Below, piece after piece: positions 1-9,773 of a stretch of DNA of 37,007 bases; the stretch's first letter is position 1; every line of letters starts with the position of its first letter. The DNA comes from Aduncisulcus paluster (taxonomy: Eukaryota), in contig BQXS01012550.1 in the NCBI GenBank assembly GCA_024181965.1, positions 1 through 37,007 of the forward strand, read 5' to 3'. The position numbers were made by a program, and so were the translations under genes. The notes beneath the pieces were generated by a model that searched no databases, was not told where the DNA came from, and was given only the letters and a program-made list of their open reading frames with translations.

Positions 1-1728
1 GTTCTTCACGCTGTTCCTCGAATAACACAGCTCTCACGACCTCATCATCAAGTCCCTCAGTGCCTTTGACAATCTCACATGTCTCACGGACACGTTGTTT
101 GTGCATATTTTCAAGAGAACGAAGAGCTTCATTCCTGTCCTTCTCAGCCTTGATTCTCTCAGCCTTCTCATCATCAAATCTTCGTTTCAACTGCTCAAGA
201 TCATGGGATTGTGTGAGAATGACCTGTCTCAAACGAAGAACCTCTTCACGAAGCCCAGCTTCATATCCTCTGGAGACATCTTCCTTATTCTCGTCGACAA
301 GGCTGATCAAGTCACGTTCGAGTTTATCGACGGATTCGATGAGTCCTCTTTCCTTCTTTTCATATTCGGCACGAAGTTCTTCCCGCTGAGCAGTGCGTTT
401 CATCTCTTCCTCAAGCTTCACAAGTTCCACGACACTTTCTCTCATCTTATGCTGAGTTAGAGCCGTTTGTTTCTTGCTGGATCGTTCATGAGACAATTCT
501 AATTGGAGAGAAGAGACGAGTTTGGTCAGAGAACCAATACGGAGCCTGAGACGAGATATAAGGTGCGTAGAGGTGTGGGAAGAAGCTCCATTATCGGCAT
601 GACCTGTCGGAGTGCTAACACCCTTGGAATCATGGGGTTTACCATCACGGATATCGTCACCAGTCTGAGGAGTGGAGGGAGCACCCTGGGAGGAACGAGC
701 ATCAGAGAGTTGGGAAGGATGAGGAGGTGGAGTGGAGGTAGACGGAGTCTGAGCGGCTTGTTGTTGTAAGGCCTGATTGAAACCAGCACCATTCTTGAAG
801 ATACCGCCCAAGAGTAACCGATCTTCTTCACGGCGTTTCTGAGCGTTCACCTTGAGTTGCCTCTCGTCATCCTCATGTTCAGACTCATCCTCCGAAGTTT
901 TCTTGGTGCCATGACCTTTCCCATCCAAGACCAGAGCAGGACTCCTTCCACCATCAGCAGGATCTTCCTCAAGGTGAGATTGAGTCATCTCGTCACTAGG
1001 TTCTTGAGGCAGGTTAGAAGCAACAGAAGTGGAAGGAAGCAAACCACCAACATTCTGGGAACCAGTTGTAGCAGCAGAAGCAGCAGCAGAAGGCCCACGA
1101 GGAACTCGAGATACTGAAGAGCCACGCTCACGCTCTTCTCTTTCATCTAGATTGCGTTCTATTTTCTCTATTTCATGTTTAAGTACTCTGTGTTGTAATT
1201 CTTGAGTAAATTCATGAGTTCCGCCACGGGCAAGACAATCTATAGAAGCTGGGGACTGGAGAAACCTAGCGAGAGATACTTCAACAGGACGATCAAAATC
1301 AACAGAAAAAGCTTGGCTTCTGCTCAAGGATTCAAGAAAATAGAGCATGACTAAGAAATTATAACAACTATCATAATCGCCAGATTGAATGGCATCTTTC
1401 TTGAACATAGACATGGGCAAATGAATTTCTTGCATTAATTCACGAATAACAGACCAGTTTTTGTTTATCTCTTTTTTGGTGGAGGGTTTGGAATATACTT
1501 TAGGTGACATATGCTGATAAAGGCGGGGCCATAATAATTGGAAGGCATTTAAAATGATAACACCATTATGCAAATCATCGTATGAACTTGCTTTTTGGGA
1601 AGTATAGCGGGATACCCTAGATAAATTGAAATTAGAAAGTTGATGACAAATGTTTAAAAAGGATATTCAAAGCGAATTACATACCATTCTAAGAGCTCTT
1701 TACGCCCAATGGGTGATGAAAAATCCAT
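1..1728 (-). CDS. Calponin-homology (EB1-like CH) domain plus coiled-coil protein, 3'-partial; exons 1728-1685 and 1616-<1
   Basis: Missing from the ORF track. Manual translation gives MDFSSPIGRKELLEW|VSRYTSQKASSYDDLHNGVIILNAFQLLWP...NWSVIRELMQEIHL...DAIQSGDYDSCYNFLVMLYFL, a CH-domain pattern. A Ser/Pro/acidic linker and heptad-rich segment (ELVKLEEEMKRTAQREELRAEYEK) follow, open to the window edge. Confidence 0.8.
1617..1684 (-). other. Spliceosomal intron, 68 nt
   Basis: GTATGT donor, CTAAT branch-like motif, TAG acceptor. Removal creates TG|G (Trp) and joins the ATG at 1728 to the long ORF. Confidence 0.85.
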
Positions 1729-1960
1729 TAAGAAATGTTCCGTCGAAGAAATCTTGGAATTTTTTTTAGGTGCCGCCCTTCGAAATATATCTTGAAAAAT
1801 ATCGATTAAAAATGGAAGCTAGCACATTTAATATTAATATCCATGAAATTTCGGTTAATTTTATGTCATATTTCGAATATTTGAGAGAATTTTGCTGAGA
1901 GCACCAAACTAAAGAATAGGATTTTCCAAAAGCATGAATTTATAATATTTACTATGATTA

Positions 1961-3218
1961 TTATTTGGTTTGATCAGCTTTCTCCTTTAACTCTTTCTCC
2001 CTTTGGATAACCGAGAGTCTAAATCTTCTTGTCTCTTCTACAATAATTTTTGGAATTTTTTCACCCTTATAAAGTGAAGGTGCACAGTTACATATCCATA
2101 CAATTGATCCCACTGTTTTTAAAAGCAAATCACGGGACTTATATAATTCTGACACTATAGTTTCCATCGAGTTGTGCACTTTTTTCCCCATGACCGAAGC
2201 AACTGTATTATTTGGGTTTAAGTGACCCTCTATATCCTCCTTGATATCGACAGAATGGTATGGGTCCTCCATACTACTGTGTTGTTGGCTTGAAGGAGGT
2301 TCTGACTCAGATTCTACAACATCATGGACAGAGTTTCCTTTCTTCTCAGAGGAGGGGGATGAATGAGGTAAATGGACTCTCCCTTTCCCAAAATCCTCCC
2401 TTGCCGAGAGAATGGCACTGTTATAAACCTCAATTTTATCGCAACTCTTGAAAAATTTCTCAACATATCTATTTCTATCCCCAACTCCACTTCCAATAAG
2501 TCGATATAGGTTTCGCTTACTCAAGACATTCAATTCGCCCAAATTCTTTCTTAACGACATACTATTCTGTAAAATAAGTTTCTGTTTCCGAACGATTCCA
2601 TGTTGAGCCAAAAGCTTAGCCAAAATAATTCGAGAACTATCAAGAAGAGTTGTTAAATGCATTGATGGCATCCGTTCTATGGCGCTCACAAGAACGTATT
2701 GATTTTCAGTCTGTGAAGAAGGAAGAGAGGAGGGAAGAGTAAGAGTTCGGGAAGAAAGAGCGGAAACAGTTTGTTGCATTTTGGGTGGAGGTGGAGCACC
2801 AGGAATTCGAACATATGACAAAGTGCTTTTTACACTACTCTTTGGAATATAACCCACCATTTTTTGAGCTGGAGGAAGTTTCTTGATTTGCTCCAGGTAA
2901 GTAGAGTGAAACATTTGAGCTTCTTCACTACTTTCAGTTACAACTCCAGCGAGCTATAGTATCAAATAAGAATTCGAAACGGGAAAGGACACAAAATGAA
3001 AACGATTATAAAAAATACTCGGAATGTAAGGAAACACAATTTTCATGACTTAAAATATAAATAACATACATCGCTGTCAGTATATTTCACAGAACCATGA
3101 GGGACCGTGCTTTCATTGGCTCCCTAAAGAAAGAAAATGAAAAAGGAGTAAACTAATTGTAAGATAAAAGAAACAAACTTTAGATTCAATAACACATGAT
3201 TAGTTGATTGCATACCAT
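1961..3218 (-). CDS. N-myristoylated coiled-coil protein, BORCS5 (myrlysin)-like, about 349 aa; exons 3218-3216, 3123-3070, 2953-1961
   Basis: The spliced N-terminus MGANESTVPHGSVKYTDSDLAGVVTES fits the MGxxxS motif. Segments YLEQIKKLPPAQKMV, AIERMPSMHLTTLL and METIVSELYKSRDLLLKTVGSIVWICNCAP resemble BORCS5 blocks by eye, in the same order. The gene is well supported; the family call is less so. Confidence 0.6.
2954..3069 (-). other. Spliceosomal intron, 116 nt, phase 0
   Basis: GAT|GTATGT...ACTATAG|CTC; removal keeps the frame. Confidence 0.8.
3124..3215 (-). other. Spliceosomal intron, 92 nt, directly after the start codon
   Basis: ATG|GTATGC...pyrimidine tract TTTAG|GGA GCC. No further in-frame ATG lies upstream before a TGA. 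Confidence 0.7.
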
Positions 3219-3875
3219 GATATTTAATTGTTGTAGTGTCTTTGAATGAACAAACTGACTATGGTTCTCTTGACAATGATTGGAAAGTAGAACACATCAA
3301 ACAAAACAACGACATGATAACTTTTATTAATATGTTTATCAATTCAAGATTTTTATTCCGCGACCAGGCACAAGTAGATGAGTCAAGATAGATGATCTAA
3401 AAAAAACAGAAGCAAAAACGAAGTAAACTGGAGAAAGAATTGATGAAATGAGCTTAAATAAATTAGATCCTCAGAGTAACTATGACATAGCCAATAATTT
3501 ATCATATGGCTCCATCGTATCCAATAAGGACACGATAGAATTTCAAAGAATGGAATATTATCCTCATAAGATCTGCTCCCAACTAGAACCAGAAAAACTC
3601 CAATTACTTTAGTCGGGTGCGCAAAAAAACAAAGAATTGAAATCGTTTTGACGGGTCTAAAATTGTGCTTCATTCTCATAATTCAAAAATAGTACATCCA
3701 TCCAATAACAAATCAAGAGCATATATAACTTAATATTTTAATTCTTCTGTTTTATCCAGATTAAAAAAATGCTGTTATCTTTCATTAATAACAAGCCCAT
3801 TTAACAGATCGATCCAATTCGAGATGGAATCAATTTTTTTCCTATGCTCCTGTTTGCAATTTTGCCATCAAAATT

Positions 3876-5057
3876 ATGTCTGACGATACCGTAGAAAAAA
3901 CAATTGAAACTACTCTTGAAGAGAAAGAGCACCATCATTCATGTGGATGTGGCTGTGAAGAGAAAGAAGATCATCATTCATGTGGATGTGGGTGTGAAGA
4001 GAAAGAAGATCATCATTCATGTGGATGTGGCTGTGAAGAACCAGCTCATTCTTGTGGATGTGGATGTGAAGAGCCACGTCATTCCTGTGGATGTGGATGT
4101 GAGGGACATTCTCATGAGCACATTGCTCCCACACCTTGTGTTTTCCCCTACTCATCTGAAGAAGGATGGGTTGATATCACTGATGGTCAAGGACTTGTTT
4201 TTAAGAAGATTCTCACTGAAGGTGATGGAGATGAGTGTACACCTGAAGCAGACTGTACCTGCCATTACACTGGAACTTTAGAAAATGGAACCAAATTCGA
4301 TTCTTCTGTTGATAGAGGAACCCCCTTTACCTGTAAATGTGGTCCTGAAACCAATGTCATCAAGGCTTGGGATGTTACTCTCCGTTCTATGCGCGAGGGA
4401 GAAAAATGTAAGATATGGTCTCACTACAGTTATGCCTATGGTGTCAAAGGAAGTCCTCCATCCATTCCTCCATGTTCCCCTCTTGTGTTTGAAATGGAAT
4501 TGTTAGAGTTCACTGAGATTGATCATGAATATTTCTATGATAACAAGGAGAAGTATGAAGGTGCTTTCAAGAGAAAGATTGCCGGAAATGAGTTAGTCAA
4601 ACAAAAGAAGTGGAAGAAGGCTGCTACTAAATATGAAAAGGGAACTCAACTCATCGAGCGTCTCTATGATTGTGAAGACGAATTGAAGTTAAAGAGTGAT
4701 TTATTGCGTCAAGTTCTTTTCACCAATTGGGCATTCTGTCTTATTAAGCTTAATTCTTATGTTAAAGCCATTGATACTGCCAATGAAGGACGTATGATCT
4801 TCCACCAGTTGCCAGAAGAGCAAAAGAAGGACCCTGTTAATATCAAGATTGAAATCAAAGCTTGTGCTCATCAAGTTAACGGTTTTATTGGATTGGGAGA
4901 TTTTGAAAAGGCTTGGATCCTTGCCAAGGATTATGCTGAACGTTTCGAGTCTCAACCTCTCAAGAAATTGGCTGACAAGGCCTTTAAGCTCAAGAAAGAG
5001 AGTGCTGAAAAGAAGAAATCTCTCTACAAAAAAATGTTGTTCAAGCCCAAGAAGTAA
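3876..5057 (+). CDS. FKBP-type peptidyl-prolyl isomerase with TPR domain and N-terminal His/Cys-rich repeats, 393 aa
   Basis: FKBP motifs HYTGTLENGTKFDSSVDRGTPF, VIKAWD, YAYG and LVFEMELL. TPR helices KIAGNELVK and LFTNWAFCLIKL. C-terminal LYKKML resembles the end of large immunophilins. Confidence 0.95.
   Translation: MSDDTVEKTIETTLEEKEHHHSCGCGCEEKEDHHSCGCGCEEKEDHHSCGCGCEEPAHSCGCGCEEPRHSCGCGCEGHSHEHIAPTPCVFPYSSEEGWVDITDGQGLVFKKILTEGDGDECTPEADCTCHYTGTLENGTKFDSSVDRGTPFTCKCGPETNVIKAWDVTLRSMREGEKCKIWSHYSYAYGVKGSPPSIPPCSPLVFEMELLEFTEIDHEYFYDNKEKYEGAFKRKIAGNELVKQKKWKKAATKYEKGTQLIERLYDCEDELKLKSDLLRQVLFTNWAFCLIKLNSYVKAIDTANEGRMIFHQLPEEQKKDPVNIKIEIKACAHQVNGFIGLGDFEKAWILAKDYAERFESQPLKKLADKAFKLKKESAEKKKSLYKKMLFKPKK
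3930..4121 (+). repeat. Coding tandem repeat, five HSCGCGCE units (39- then 33-nt period)
   Basis: CATTCNTGTGGATGTGGNTGTGA recurs at about 3936, 3975, 4014, 4047 and 4080 with synonymous differences between copies. Confidence 0.95.
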
Positions 5058-5397
5058 TTTGGATGCCATATCCGATGTAAATTATTTTCCAACTTCCAGA
5101 TCTTAATAAATGGTTTTATTCAGAATATCTGACTTAACTACCATGATACTCCAAAAATATTTCAAAATTGGTTATTTTCAGGTATTCAGTAAAAAGATTT
5201 CAAGCGTAAAGAAGCGTGATGTGTACTCGGCAATATGGTTAAATATTGAGGTATATTAATAATATATTAACATTTAAAGATCATTTATAACCCATTGCAG
5301 GTTATATTAAAAAAAAAGACCTCTGCAGTCCGCCAAAACAGAAAAAGTGACTCTTTTGAGTGACTCTAATAACTATACAATAATTCCAATTTTATAA

Positions 5398-8300
5398 ATG
5401 AATTTAAATGAGAATCTATCCAGGTTCGATTCTCTATTTCAACAGTCCAAAGCTACAATTCATAAATTAGAAAGAAGGTTAGAAAGCTCCATTGCTCTTA
5501 GAGATGTATTACATATAAATGATAACCCATATGAAGTTTTTACTGATAGTATTCCTTATGATATTGATAATATGAAAAAACGGCTTATGGAAGAGTTAGT
5601 CGAGAAAAACCTTTTACGCATAAAATTGACGAGACACTCAATTTCTACTGAAGTCCACGATTATAAGCAAGAATTAATGAGAGAACAACAGAAAAAAATC
5701 CAGAGAGAATGCCGTAGAAGTTTAACAATTCAACAACATAGTTTACAGAAGTTAAAAGAGCGTTATGTCTCACAAGCATGTCTTGTTACTCATGCCCTTG
5801 AAATTGGAATGCCTTTAAAGGCTGTTTTAAAAATACCTTCAACTCTATTATTATGTAAAAATGTCGGTCATAATTTTTCACTGCTTTCTCCTTCAAACAG
5901 TGAAATAATTGGCTACACAACATTAAAGGATGAACTAAATGAATGTAAGAGGCGAATGAAAGTGATTAATCGTGTCTTTTCCGATTCTCTCATCCAGGAT
6001 GGTCCTCTTTTCTCTTCTTTGTTTTTTCCACCTTATCATCCTTTCCAATTTTCAGCTCAACATTCTCTGTCGCATATGAAAGCTCATATTCCACTGCTTG
6101 TTTCAACTTCCCTTTCTCCATCTCACCAGGATATCATGATGACCCATCTTACTTTGCCCACTCAATCGTTAATAGTCAGAGATTATTTATGCGGCCGGCT
6201 TAAACATCTTCAAGCATGCAAAAGAACGAGAAAATCGCATATTCGCCGTTTATTGCTCGAAGAACAGAAACGGAGACAACGGATGCAATCGCAACTCCTA
6301 TTACATCGTCGGAAAGCTCAACAAGAAGTGCGATCTAGATCATATAGCATGTTAAAACCGATTGTTGAGGCCTTTGTGATCAATTTGTATAAACAATTCT
6401 CCGTGTCTCTGGCAGAAGAAGGTGTTTCTAAACTCATCAGCACAACCATTCTTCCATCCTTCAATGTACGGTCTCTCTCGGAATTATCATATTGTCCCCT
6501 TGAGTTATCTCGTATTCCCAAGAGTATTGTTGCCATGAGTCATGTGATGTTTGAGGATTTGGTCCGGCAGAAACAAAGGTTTCTTGAGTCCCACTGTGAA
6601 AAAATAAGCCATGTCATCTCCTCCTTGGAGTTTAATTACTTTGATTATGGCGAAGTTCGCATTCGAAAACAAGGCAAAGGTCTGAAGGAAATGGTTGTTT
6701 TGGGAGGGTCTTCTCCTCTTTCTCTTCCGTCCCCTGTTGTATCTTCCACAAACTCGCTTCTTACACCCGCTTCATCAGGTCGCAAGGTCCCCACTTCCTT
6801 CTCTCTGCCTTTCCAACTCTCCTCGATCAAATTCCCGCCTTCCGTTGTTCCCCTTGTTCCTCCCAAGTATGTCCACGCAAGCTGTTTGGCCGCGTGTGAG
6901 CAAATTATCAGTGGAGTTGCACGGACGGGTGCAAAACTCCTCGCAAGAGACATTGTCGGCCTCTTTATTCAACAATACAACGACATGAAAAGAGAAAAGA
7001 AAGAGAAAGAGAAAAGAAAGAAACGGAAAGAAAAGAAGCGAAAACGAGTTGACTCTTCCATCAAACAAATAGATTTTCCCGATATCCCTCACACTTCTTC
7101 CTCTTCTTCTCGCAATCATGTGAAGCATTCAGTGTCCACTTCACACCTTCCTTCATACCCTTCTCAACAATCGCACCCTCTCCACCATCAAGCAATCATG
7201 ACATCACCCACATCTCCGTCATCGTCTCGTTCTACCTCCCCATCTCCCCGCCCTTCCTCCTTCCTTGCTACATTTTCGCCAACTTCAGGTTCTTCGTCTT
7301 CTTCCTCTTCTTCTTCCTCTACGCCGCCGGCCACCATGTCGCCTCCTCTCTCTCCTTCTCCCTCGATCTCCAACTTTCCTGTCTGTGATGTGTTCGTCAG
7401 ACCAGGAGCTCATAGGAACTCTCTTTCAGCATTCTCCCCGTCTCCTCCTTTTGCTTCGAGCGGATGGAAAAGACATTCAGTGGCAGGGTGGCGTGAGAGC
7501 GATGGAATACACTTCCAAGATTCCGATGACGATCCCTTGTTGATTAATTTCACTCCAGAACGTGTTCGTCAAATGATGAAGCGAAGGATCGAAGAGGAAG
7601 AGAGACAAAAACAAAGACAAGAAGAACCATTGGCTTCGAACTTGGCACAATCAAAAACAAGAGATGACTCTACGACAAGCCCAGGTCGTTTGAGTGAAAG
7701 TGTTCTACATGAGTGGAAACGAGGAGATGTTGGAAACCCCTGGCACAAAGATACCACTGGGTTATCCCAGTCCATACATACGGCCAGCGGAAGGAGTCTC
7801 ATAGATACCGGCTCTCCGATATCCATTGACGATAGTTTGGTGTCCTCAGGCTCATCTTCTCCCATTCTTAGTGACAGACAAAAGATTAAGACACCAAACG
7901 CCCATCGTGATGATAAGACACACGGAGGAATCCCATTTGACTTTCACTCCACACCTCCTATTCACTCCCCTTCCTCTGGAATTTCTGCCTCGTCTGCTGG
8001 GAACAACTCAAACTCTTCTTCTACACATCAGCTCTCGCCCGCCCCGTCTACTTTCACATCCGATATCCCGCAAGAACAGGAGAAACGTCGTCTCTCGTTA
8101 TCGATATGTTATACCCGCAGTGAGGACAAGTCTGAGGACGAAGAGGATGAAGAAGAAGAGCTAGAAGACCAAGAACAAAATGTCCAAGTCCCAACGTCAA
8201 GGACAGGGCCTTTCACTGCCATTCGCGTTGGAGTCGATGCGAACTCTTTACTCTGGGATGGAGAGATTCCCAATGCTCTCCATGAGAGTAATACTGAGGA

Positions 8301-9459
8301 TAATGATGAAGACCAAGAAGAAGAAAGGGAGGAAGGAGAGGAAGGAGTTAATTCAAGTATTAAGGATCCATTCCAAATTGGAAGCAGTGAAACTTCAACT
8401 CCAAAAAAGGAAGACACAGATGCTGATGTGCCCCTTATCAAAGAAGAGCTCGAATATGGACCAGCAATTAAACCAAGTTCCTCATCAATTGATCATGAAA
8501 CGGTGACAACTTTAAACCCCATTGAGAGAGTGAAAACTCTCCAAGTTTACTCTGATGTCTCGTCTGAAGGAATGAATCTAGGTGAACTCGCTGACATGGA
8601 CTCTTTGAAAGGTGACGGCGCCACCCCTGTTTCTAATCACCAAAGTTCATCCCAAAAAGAAGCCAATATTGAGCATACTAGTGACATTCTCAGCCTTAGT
8701 CAGCTTGCAGAGCAAGTTGAGCAGAGTGAGAAGGAAAGACTGGCGACAAGCTCAAAAGATGGAATTAGAAATGATACTTCCAATTCTGATTTCGAGAAGC
8801 CTCTTGATTTAGAAATACCCACCGATCACACAATAACTACCCATTCAACCAGTGGTGTTGAAACACCCATGCCTGTTAATGTTTCATATGTAGATGGCGA
8901 TGAGGAGGAAGAGGAAAGAGGGTTGCAGCACGAACGTCATCATTCTCAGATGTCACATCGTTCATCCACAATGGGAGAAGAAAGTGGCGATGTTCCACTT
9001 GAAATATCTGATGACCAATCTTCGAATTCATTGCCCGAGGTGTCTGAGAGAAATGGGGATTCATCAACCGAACTTGATGACGAAAGAGAGTCCCCCCAAC
9101 TCATTCACGTTAATGGTGACAGCATTTCCACAGATGATCAATGTGACCTGAAGGAACCGTCTCCTCGTTCAATAGAATTTGGATGTTATGTTTCCCATAA
9201 GAAGGGATCTCGGATACCCAATGTGTTGAAGCTATCAGGTTCATCTTTATCAGTTGGCGAAGAAATCGATGTTATTCGAGAGAGAGTAGTGAAAATGCAG
9301 AGACTTGGAAGTGAGAAAGTTCGTATTACTTATTTTTATTCGAAGGAAAGCGATGAAATGAAACACATCACTCTTGCATTCGATTCACCGCAGCAAAGGG
9401 ATGAAGTCGCAGGTGTTATTAAACATTGGCGGCAGAAAGAAGGTGTTTGGAAAGAGTGA
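5398..9459 (+). CDS. Uncharacterised 1353-aa protein: N-terminal coiled coil, Lys-rich tract, Ser/Pro and acidic low-complexity regions, possible C-terminal PH-like domain
   Basis: Uninterrupted 4-kb ORF with ATG start. The last ~95 aa show beta-strand patterning and end in HITLAFDSPQQRDEVAGVIKHW, like a PH terminal helix. Confidence 0.85.
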   Translation: MNLNENLSRFDSLFQQSKATIHKLERRLESSIALRDVLHINDNPYEVFTDSIPYDIDNMKKRLMEELVEKNLLRIKLTRHSISTEVHDYKQELMREQQKKIQRECRRSLTIQQHSLQKLKERYVSQACLVTHALEIGMPLKAVLKIPSTLLLCKNVGHNFSLLSPSNSEIIGYTTLKDELNECKRRMKVINRVFSDSLIQDGPLFSSLFFPPYHPFQFSAQHSLSHMKAHIPLLVSTSLSPSHQDIMMTHLTLPTQSLIVRDYLCGRLKHLQACKRTRKSHIRRLLLEEQKRRQRMQSQLLLHRRKAQQEVRSRSYSMLKPIVEAFVINLYKQFSVSLAEEGVSKLISTTILPSFNVRSLSELSYCPLELSRIPKSIVAMSHVMFEDLVRQKQRFLESHCEKISHVISSLEFNYFDYGEVRIRKQGKGLKEMVVLGGSSPLSLPSPVVSSTNSLLTPASSGRKVPTSFSLPFQLSSIKFPPSVVPLVPPKYVHASCLAACEQIISGVARTGAKLLARDIVGLFIQQYNDMKREKKEKEKRKKRKEKKRKRVDSSIKQIDFPDIPHTSSSSSRNHVKHSVSTSHLPSYPSQQSHPLHHQAIMTSPTSPSSSRSTSPSPRPSSFLATFSPTSGSSSSSSSSSSTPPATMSPPLSPSPSISNFPVCDVFVRPGAHRNSLSAFSPSPPFASSGWKRHSVAGWRESDGIHFQDSDDDPLLINFTPERVRQMMKRRIEEEERQKQRQEEPLASNLAQSKTRDDSTTSPGRLSESVLHEWKRGDVGNPWHKDTTGLSQSIHTASGRSLIDTGSPISIDDSLVSSGSSSPILSDRQKIKTPNAHRDDKTHGGIPFDFHSTPPIHSPSSGISASSAGNNSNSSSTHQLSPAPSTFTSDIPQEQEKRRLSLSICYTRSEDKSEDEEDEEEELEDQEQNVQVPTSRTGPFTAIRVGVDANSLLWDGEIPNALHESNTEDNDEDQEEEREEGEEGVNSSIKDPFQIGSSETSTPKKEDTDADVPLIKEELEYGPAIKPSSSSIDHETVTTLNPIERVKTLQVYSDVSSEGMNLGELADMDSLKGDGATPVSNHQSSSQKEANIEHTSDILSLSQLAEQVEQSEKERLATSSKDGIRNDTSNSDFEKPLDLEIPTDHTITTHSTSGVETPMPVNVSYVDGDEEEEERGLQHERHHSQMSHRSSTMGEESGDVPLEISDDQSSNSLPEVSERNGDSSTELDDERESPQLIHVNGDSISTDDQCDLKEPSPRSIEFGCYVSHKKGSRIPNVLKLSGSSLSVGEEIDVIRERVVKMQRLGSEKVRITYFYSKESDEMKHITLAFDSPQQRDEVAGVIKHWRQKEGVWKE

Positions 9460-9773
9460 GACAGACTCTTGTGTTTTCCTTTTCATTGCCATTTTCATTT
9501 AGTATAGTATAGTACTGTAGTTTTTGATTCAATATTTTAAATATTTATCCTAATTTCAGGACATTATCATAATTTTTTATTTTTCTAGATCTACTATAAA
9601 CTCATTTTTATTTAATGAATGACTTGTCTGGATTCTTGGCTCGATCTTTGAGCTGTCTGATGATAGACACGTTAACGCATTGATCATCCATACAATAAGA
9701 AAATTAATTTCAGTTATGGTCAACTTCAGGCAACAATAATTAAGCTTTCATTAACTTAATTAACTATGTTGTT

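Noticed and set aside
60-1117. Five short ORFs in the track
   Set aside because: Antisense or off-frame shadows of the minus-strand CH/coiled-coil gene.
3383-3679. 98-aa minus-strand ORF in the divergent intergenic region
   Set aside because: No recognisable motif, composition typical of AT-rich non-coding DNA, and no consistent spliced model found. Cannot be fully excluded.
3930-4121. Regularly spaced repeats superficially like a CRISPR array
   Set aside because: In-frame coding repeats with synonymous variation, no unique spacers, no cas genes, eukaryotic context.
5346-5367. GTGACTCT direct repeat before the 5398 gene, with GAGTGACT also near 15533
   Set aside because: Too short and too few instances to call a promoter motif.
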